DNA of 32,000 nt from an uncultured Gemmatimonadota bacterium (GTDB lineage: Bacteria > GCA-2686955 > CAYMWF01): assembly GCA_964394085.1 (NCBI GenBank), contig CAYMWF010000014.1:27167-59166 (forward strand). Direction: 5' to 3'. The translations under genes and the position numbers were made by a program. Below are positions 27,129-32,000 of the stretch, piece by piece; position 1 is the first letter of the stretch; each line of letters opens with the position of its first letter. The notes below the pieces were generated by a model. It worked only from the letters and a program-made list of their open reading frames with translations. It was not told the DNA's origin and ran no database searches.

Positions 27129-28157
27129 ATGAGCGGGGATATTCTTTTTCTGAGAAAAGGTTACCTTGGCGACATAGTTCTACTGTGCCGCCTGGTTTCT
27201 TCATTAAAAGCTAGCGTTCCCGATCTGTCGGTGGGAATCGCGACTCATGATCGTTACCGCGATCTCGTCCGCCTCTTTCCGGCGGTCGATTCATGGTTCC
27301 GTTTCCCCGACCGCCTCTCTCCGGATATTTCGACGGTTTCGGCAATAACTCCACTGGCAATTTCGCGATATCGCTGGATCCTGCCGGTCAATTACGATCG
27401 CAGATACAATGTTCTCGCGCGTCTGGTCGCTTTTCTAGGGGGGGGGAAGGTATTGGCGATGCCCGGTTCGGAATCAGGCTGGAGCTGCGGGAGCCGGCAT
27501 CGGGCCGGGTTGATCGCGGACGCGCTCCTTCCGATTGCTGATATCGATTTCTCCATAGAAATCGAACCGTTGAAGCCGGACAGGGATAGTCTGAGCAGGT
27601 TGGCTGGAATATATGATCTTCTGCAACAATCTCCGGTCGTGATTTTCCCCGGAGGAGGGGATCACCGGAAGGTTCACCCCGATCCCAGGCGCTGGGCGGA
27701 AAGGCATTTCGCGACCTTGATCGACATTCTGGATGATGCCGGTGTGGGGCCGTTGATACTCCAGGGATCCGCGGAAGAAAACAAGATTCTTTCGGATGTG
27801 GCGGCTCGCTGCAAAACGGAAGTTGTGGTTCTGTCCGGAAAACTGGGATTGGTGGAGCTTGCTTCTTTCCTTTCCCTCAGCAGGCTGGTAATCGCCGTCG
27901 ACAGCGGACCGATTCAACTGGCTGCGGCCGCGGGATGTGCCACATTGATGTTAAGCGGGCCCGTTGCGCCGGAGACGAGCAATCCGGCGGGACTCAATCA
28001 CAGGTATGTAAGAGGTTATGATGAATGTATACCCTGTTTTCCGGCTCCGAGACTGGTTGAATGCCGGGAGGGTATACCATTGTGTATGAGCAGGTTGACT
28101 CCTGAAACAGTCGCTTCGACGGTTCTGGAGATGCTCGGTTGCGGAATGGAATGTTGA
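27129..28157 (+). CDS. Heptosyltransferase-like glycosyltransferase family 9
   Basis: ILFLRKGYLGDIVLLCRLVSSLKA start; VVIFPGGGDHRKVHPDPRRW; GKLGLVELASFLSLSRLVIAVDSGPIQLAAAAGCATLMLSGP. The track ORF starts at TTG 27102. Confidence 0.87.
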   Translation: MSGDILFLRKGYLGDIVLLCRLVSSLKASVPDLSVGIATHDRYRDLVRLFPAVDSWFRFPDRLSPDISTVSAITPLAISRYRWILPVNYDRRYNVLARLVAFLGGGKVLAMPGSESGWSCGSRHRAGLIADALLPIADIDFSIEIEPLKPDRDSLSRLAGIYDLLQQSPVVIFPGGGDHRKVHPDPRRWAERHFATLIDILDDAGVGPLILQGSAEENKILSDVAARCKTEVVVLSGKLGLVELASFLSLSRLVIAVDSGPIQLAAAAGCATLMLSGPVAPETSNPAGLNHRYVRGYDECIPCFPAPRLVECREGIPLCMSRLTPETVASTVLEMLGCGMEC

Positions 28158-29008
28158 AAGTCCAGGCTGTTGTCATCCACTATGGAGATACGAATCTGCT
28201 TCAGAACTGTCTCTTTGCGCTGGGTAAAGCAGGTATCGGAAAAGTTGTGATTGTTGATAATTCCCAGAATCTGCCGTCGCTGGAATCACAAGGACAAATT
28301 GATGTTTCCGTGATCCGGCCTGTAGTAAACCTGGGTTTCGCGGCTGGAGTCAATGAAGCGGCAGGATCGATTACCTCCCGGTACTTTCTGGTATTAAATC
28401 CCGATACCGTAATGAACCGTAATGCTCTTGAAGAGTTGACGCGCATCATGGACGCTGAGCCCGGAACCTGGGTCGCGGGTCCGATCCTCAAGGATGAAGC
28501 AGGCAAAATCCAATCATCAGGATTCAGGACACCGTCCCCTGCCTCATTTTTCAGGCAGGCTTTCAGAATACGCAAGGGTTACAGTCAGCCTTACCGCGCT
28601 CTGGCGAGAGGGAAAAGTCCCTACGATGCCGGGTGGATTCTCGGAGCGTGTTTGCTGGTGAGAAGCGACAGGTTCAGGGAAATGGGCGGAATGGACGAAC
28701 GCTTCTTCCTTTACGGAGAAGACAAGGATTTCTGTATCAGATCCGCTCGACGGGGGGGGGGTGTGCGAATGGCTCCCGCAGCGGTGGTGAACCATGCCGG
28801 AAACAGCTCGGATCTGTCGGAAGCCGCCAAGATCACGCATTTTTTCGAAAGCCAGATTCAGTATATTCGCAAACATTTCAAAGGAACGGGGAAGATTGTC
28901 GCAACACTCGGATTATTCATCGGTGCATCCGGCAGAGCTCTGATCAACCTGCATAAACCGGAGCGCCGGTCCGTTTATTCCAGGGGAGCGAGGAGGTGCC
29001 TGTTTTGA
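28151..29008 (+). CDS. Glycosyltransferase family 2 (rhamnosyltransferase-like)
   Basis: VQAVVIHYGDTNLLQNCLFAL; VIVDNSQN; RPVVNLGFAAGVNEAAG; FLVLNPDTVM; LLVRSDRFREMGGMDERFFLYGEDKDFCIRSAR. The track ORF starts at 28139. Confidence 0.92.
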   Translation: MLKVQAVVIHYGDTNLLQNCLFALGKAGIGKVVIVDNSQNLPSLESQGQIDVSVIRPVVNLGFAAGVNEAAGSITSRYFLVLNPDTVMNRNALEELTRIMDAEPGTWVAGPILKDEAGKIQSSGFRTPSPASFFRQAFRIRKGYSQPYRALARGKSPYDAGWILGACLLVRSDRFREMGGMDERFFLYGEDKDFCIRSARRGGGVRMAPAAVVNHAGNSSDLSEAAKITHFFESQIQYIRKHFKGTGKIVATLGLFIGASGRALINLHKPERRSVYSRGARRCLF

Positions 29009-30948
29009 TCTCCGTCCTGATTCCAGTTCGGGATGAAACAACCGGTCTCAGGAGGGCGGTGGAAAGCGTCCGCTGGATACCTGTGGAGCACAGGTATATC
29101 GCTCTGGATCCGCGAGGCGGCAACGGAATCAAGGAACTGGCATTGAACCTTGCGGGGAATGTGTCGACACATCTGTATTTTGACAGTGCGAGTTTCAAAA
29201 ACAAAGCGATCGGTGATTTTGATATAAAAACGGAGTGGCTGCTGCTGCTCGATGCGGATGAAGAAGTACCTGAAGAACTGGGCGGGGAGATCAGGGAAAG
29301 TATTGCGGGAAAGGAAGTTGACGGATTCTATATCCCTCGCCGGAACTTGATAGGCGGAAAGTGGATAAAGCGGGGCGGGTGGTTCCCAGATCATAATATC
29401 AGGCTTTTCCGCACCGGAAAGGGAGAATTCGAAAACCGGCGTGTCCATTCTGAATTAAAACTCGATGGAAAGATCGGATTCCTGAAAAACAGCATTCTTC
29501 ACCACTGCAGGGAAGATGTTTCAGAACACAGGAAGTACGTGGCCCGATATGCCCGGTTCAGGGGGCTGGATGCATATGACGGAAAGCGTCCCCTCGGAAG
29601 ACTGGATTTAATCCTGTTTCCGAAAATCCCGGGAAAACCCGTCAAGCTGATCTGGCGGTTGTCCCCCCCGGTTCTCCGGTCCGTGCTGCTGTTCATGTGG
29701 CTGTACTGGTTCAAACTCGGTTTCCTCGACGGCTCAAGCGGAATAAAACTCGCTCTTGCGGAAAGCTCCGAACCGTATCTGGCAGCCCGGTTCCGATCAC
29801 GACTCAGATTAAGGCAAAGCGGTCCGGGCACCTGTCGCACGGCTGTCAGGACACTGATTCGAGGATTCTTCAGACGTGCGGTCCGGCTCGCCATTACACC
29901 GGGGGCTTTATTCAAGACACCGCCTGATCGCAATACAATCCGCGATATACTGGTAGTTCATCTTTTCGGTATGGGCGACGTGATAATGGCGCTGCCATTT
30001 TTTGAGCGGCTTCGACGCGAACTGCCTGATGCCGGGATCACGATACTCGCGAGACCGTCGGCAGTTGAACTATTGAAGAGTTGCGGTTATGCGGATTCAG
30101 TAAGAGAATATACAGGATTGAAAACGATCACCGGTTTACGCAGGGACCTGAAAGGTGTTTCATTCGACCTGGCGCTCCTCCCCTTTACCGGGCTCTCGAA
30201 CTTTTTCGCTGCAAAAGCCCTCGGAGCCCGTGTCGCAGCCGGCTACATATCCGGCACGTCGATAGAATCCGATTTCAGGATGAGAACGCGGCCGAGCGAT
30301 CGAGGGTGGAATCATCCTGCCGAGAAAGCGCTGGACCTTCTGAATGCACTGGGAATCGGGTCTCCGGAGTTTCAACCTTATCAGCTTTCGTTATCTCTCA
30401 AACCTCCCGGGGGATTCGAGGCCCTTGTGAAGAAGGCTTCCGGAGGTAGACCGTACGTTGTTTTGTACCCTGGAGGATTTTCACCGTCAAGGCGGCTGAA
30501 ATTTGAAAAAGCGGCAGCCGTTGCGGATTACATCAGGGGTGAGCTGGGATACGGCGTAATCCTGGTGGGGGACCTGTTCGACAGACCGGACTCTGAAAGA
30601 ATCGAATCCGAGGCCGTTTGTCCCGTGATGAATCTCACCGGCATCACCGATACGGCGGAGCTCGCCGCAGTCCTTGGTGATTTGAACTGTCTGCTGGCGG
30701 TGGCCGGTGATTCCGGTGTGATGCACCTGGCGATTGCGCTCGGGAAACCGGTTGTCGCATTGTTCGGTCCGACATCCCCGGCCCTGAGATTACCCTCGGA
30801 GTTCAGCGGCACGGTTCTCCGGACTCCGAGGGATTGCGCTCCCTGTTTCGGAGGAGAACATGAGCCCGTATGCAGACAGAGAGCTTCGTGTCTGGACCCG
30901 ATACCTCTCGAACAAATCTTCGGCGCCATAAAGGGTATTACCGGATGA
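29005..30948 (+). CDS. Bifunctional glycosyltransferase: N-terminal GT2 and C-terminal GT9 (heptosyltransferase-like)
   Basis: N-terminal ISVLIPVRDETTGLRRAVESV, EWLLLLDADEEVPEE, NIRLFRTGKGEFENRRVHSELKLDG. C-terminal ILVVHLFGMGDVIMALPFFERLRRELPDAGITILARP, YVVLYPGGFSPSRRLKFEKAAAVADYI, VAGDSGVMHLAIALGKPVVALFGPTSP. The track start is GTG 28996; TTG 29005 has AGGAGG 8 nt upstream. Confidence 0.88.
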   Translation: MISVLIPVRDETTGLRRAVESVRWIPVEHRYIALDPRGGNGIKELALNLAGNVSTHLYFDSASFKNKAIGDFDIKTEWLLLLDADEEVPEELGGEIRESIAGKEVDGFYIPRRNLIGGKWIKRGGWFPDHNIRLFRTGKGEFENRRVHSELKLDGKIGFLKNSILHHCREDVSEHRKYVARYARFRGLDAYDGKRPLGRLDLILFPKIPGKPVKLIWRLSPPVLRSVLLFMWLYWFKLGFLDGSSGIKLALAESSEPYLAARFRSRLRLRQSGPGTCRTAVRTLIRGFFRRAVRLAITPGALFKTPPDRNTIRDILVVHLFGMGDVIMALPFFERLRRELPDAGITILARPSAVELLKSCGYADSVREYTGLKTITGLRRDLKGVSFDLALLPFTGLSNFFAAKALGARVAAGYISGTSIESDFRMRTRPSDRGWNHPAEKALDLLNALGIGSPEFQPYQLSLSLKPPGGFEALVKKASGGRPYVVLYPGGFSPSRRLKFEKAAAVADYIRGELGYGVILVGDLFDRPDSERIESEAVCPVMNLTGITDTAELAAVLGDLNCLLAVAGDSGVMHLAIALGKPVVALFGPTSPALRLPSEFSGTVLRTPRDCAPCFGGEHEPVCRQRASCLDPIPLEQIFGAIKGITG

Positions 30949-32000
30949 TCCTGGTTGAACTGACAGTTGCAGCCGGCCTCCTGCTGGGCTTTTCCGTATA
31001 CATCGGATATCCGTTCCTGTGTTTCGGCTCCGGTATGCTAGCGAAGACCCGGCCGACCCGGGGATCCCGAAAGCAAAAAATACCGGGTGATGGTTCGAGG
31101 GAAAAGAACGGAACCGCAATTCTTCCGTTTGTTTCCATAATCATTTCGGCGAAAGACGAAGCTGACCATATCGAACGAAAGATCGAAAATACATTCGCTC
31201 TGGAGTATCCCGGGGATCGGTTCGAGATTATAGTAGGCGTCAACGGTTCGGCGGACAGTACCGAGAAGACCGTAGCCGGGTTTGCAAAAAATGGGGTTCG
31301 GTGCTTTATTTCGAAAATCCCGGGAAAAACACGGACTCAGAACCTGGTTGTTCCTGAATCCAGGGGCGAGGTGTTATTTTTTACGGATGCGGATATGCTC
31401 CTTGAACCCGACGCCCTTCTCCGGCTGGCGGAGAAATTCGATGATCCCGCCGTGGGTATCGTTCATGGTTCGATACGCTTTCGAGGAGATCGGCATCAGG
31501 CGCTGTACTGGGATTATGAATACACTCTGAAAAGACTCGAGAGCGAATCCGGGCGATGCCTTACCGCGCTTGGAGGGATTATGGCCGTCCGGAGAACTGT
31601 ATGGCGCACACTCGACCCCTCGATTATGGAAGATTTTGCTCTTCCCATAGCCGCAGTATCGGACGGATACGACTCGGTATTCGTTCAAGATGCGCTTGCT
31701 TACACAGACTTCTATCCGGATCGCGCTGCGTGGCTCGAGAGCAAACGGAGGATCGCCGCCCAGGATATGTTCGGCTACATCAATTCGGCAAGCTCGCTTC
31801 TCGCGCGTAAACAATGGGGACTTCTCGTCTTGCTCACGCTCCGAAAGCCTTTGAGGTGGCTGGGTCTCGTGTACGTTCTGCCTGTTCAGCTCGGTCTTGT
31901 TCTGCTCGCTCTGGATGGAGGGGTGATGGTTCTGCCCGGTATGGCTGCAGTCGCCGTCGCGGTCTGGGGCGTTTTCGGCATCATTGCGGCCAGGCCGAAC
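30945..32000 (+). CDS. Membrane-associated family 2 glycosyltransferase, partial at right edge (absent from the supplied ORF track)
   Basis: ATG overlaps the upstream TGA (ATGA). My translation is MILVELTVAAGLLLGFSVYIGYPFL...VSIIISAKDEADHIERKIENTF...IIVGVNGSADST...VLFFTDADMLLEPDALLRL...ALGGIMAVRRTVW...EDFALPIAAV, with C-terminal TM segments. It stays open to the window end. Confidence 0.88.
   Translation, partial: MILVELTVAAGLLLGFSVYIGYPFLCFGSGMLAKTRPTRGSRKQKIPGDGSREKNGTAILPFVSIIISAKDEADHIERKIENTFALEYPGDRFEIIVGVNGSADSTEKTVAGFAKNGVRCFISKIPGKTRTQNLVVPESRGEVLFFTDADMLLEPDALLRLAEKFDDPAVGIVHGSIRFRGDRHQALYWDYEYTLKRLESESGRCLTALGGIMAVRRTVWRTLDPSIMEDFALPIAAVSDGYDSVFVQDALAYTDFYPDRAAWLESKRRIAAQDMFGYINSASSLLARKQWGLLVLLTLRKPLRWLGLVYVLPVQLGLVLLALDGGVMVLPGMAAVAVAVWGVFGIIAARPN

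Noticed and set aside
1-32000. CRISPR array, tRNA, rRNA, transposase or phage genes.
   Set aside because: I saw no regularly spaced short direct repeats, no tRNA-like T-loop/acceptor combination and no transposase/integrase motifs. No such element can be supported here.

Overview
The window is a dense, mostly plus-strand bacterial chromosome segment. Its taxonomy cannot be fixed from the sequence alone. In order it carries: (1) the 3' end of a GTPase-like gene, then carbamate kinase, sucCD and an EIIA-CBS fusion; (2) a fatty-acid cluster (DUF177/YceD, rpmF, fabD, fabG, acpP, fabF, rnc) that lacks plsX and fabH at their usual position, followed by etfBA; (3) a ~1.7 kb gene-poor interval (about 11222-12939) with many inverted repeats and a candidate sigma-54 promoter; (4) a polysaccharide export protein and a Wzz/BY-kinase fusion; (5) a compact motor-like cassette made of a secreted/membrane FliF-C-like plus FliG-like chimera, FlbD, MotA and MotB; it is followed by a large FG-GAP/Ig-like surface protein, a PorV/UPF0164-like barrel fused to a coiled coil and TPR, and an SLBB-LCP fusion; (6) a glycan biosynthesis block with an MraY/WecA-like protein on the minus strand, GT9, GT2, a GT2-GT9 fusion, and a membrane GT2 running off the right edge. 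The best candidate for something undescribed is the motor cassette at 15943-19256: a FliF/FliG chimera keeps acidic and basic residues at torque-helix positions, sits beside stator genes, and has no flagellar structural genes nearby. Homopolymeric G9 and G10 tracts inside two glycosyltransferase genes are a second notable signal. All family assignments come from motif recognition, not database searches.
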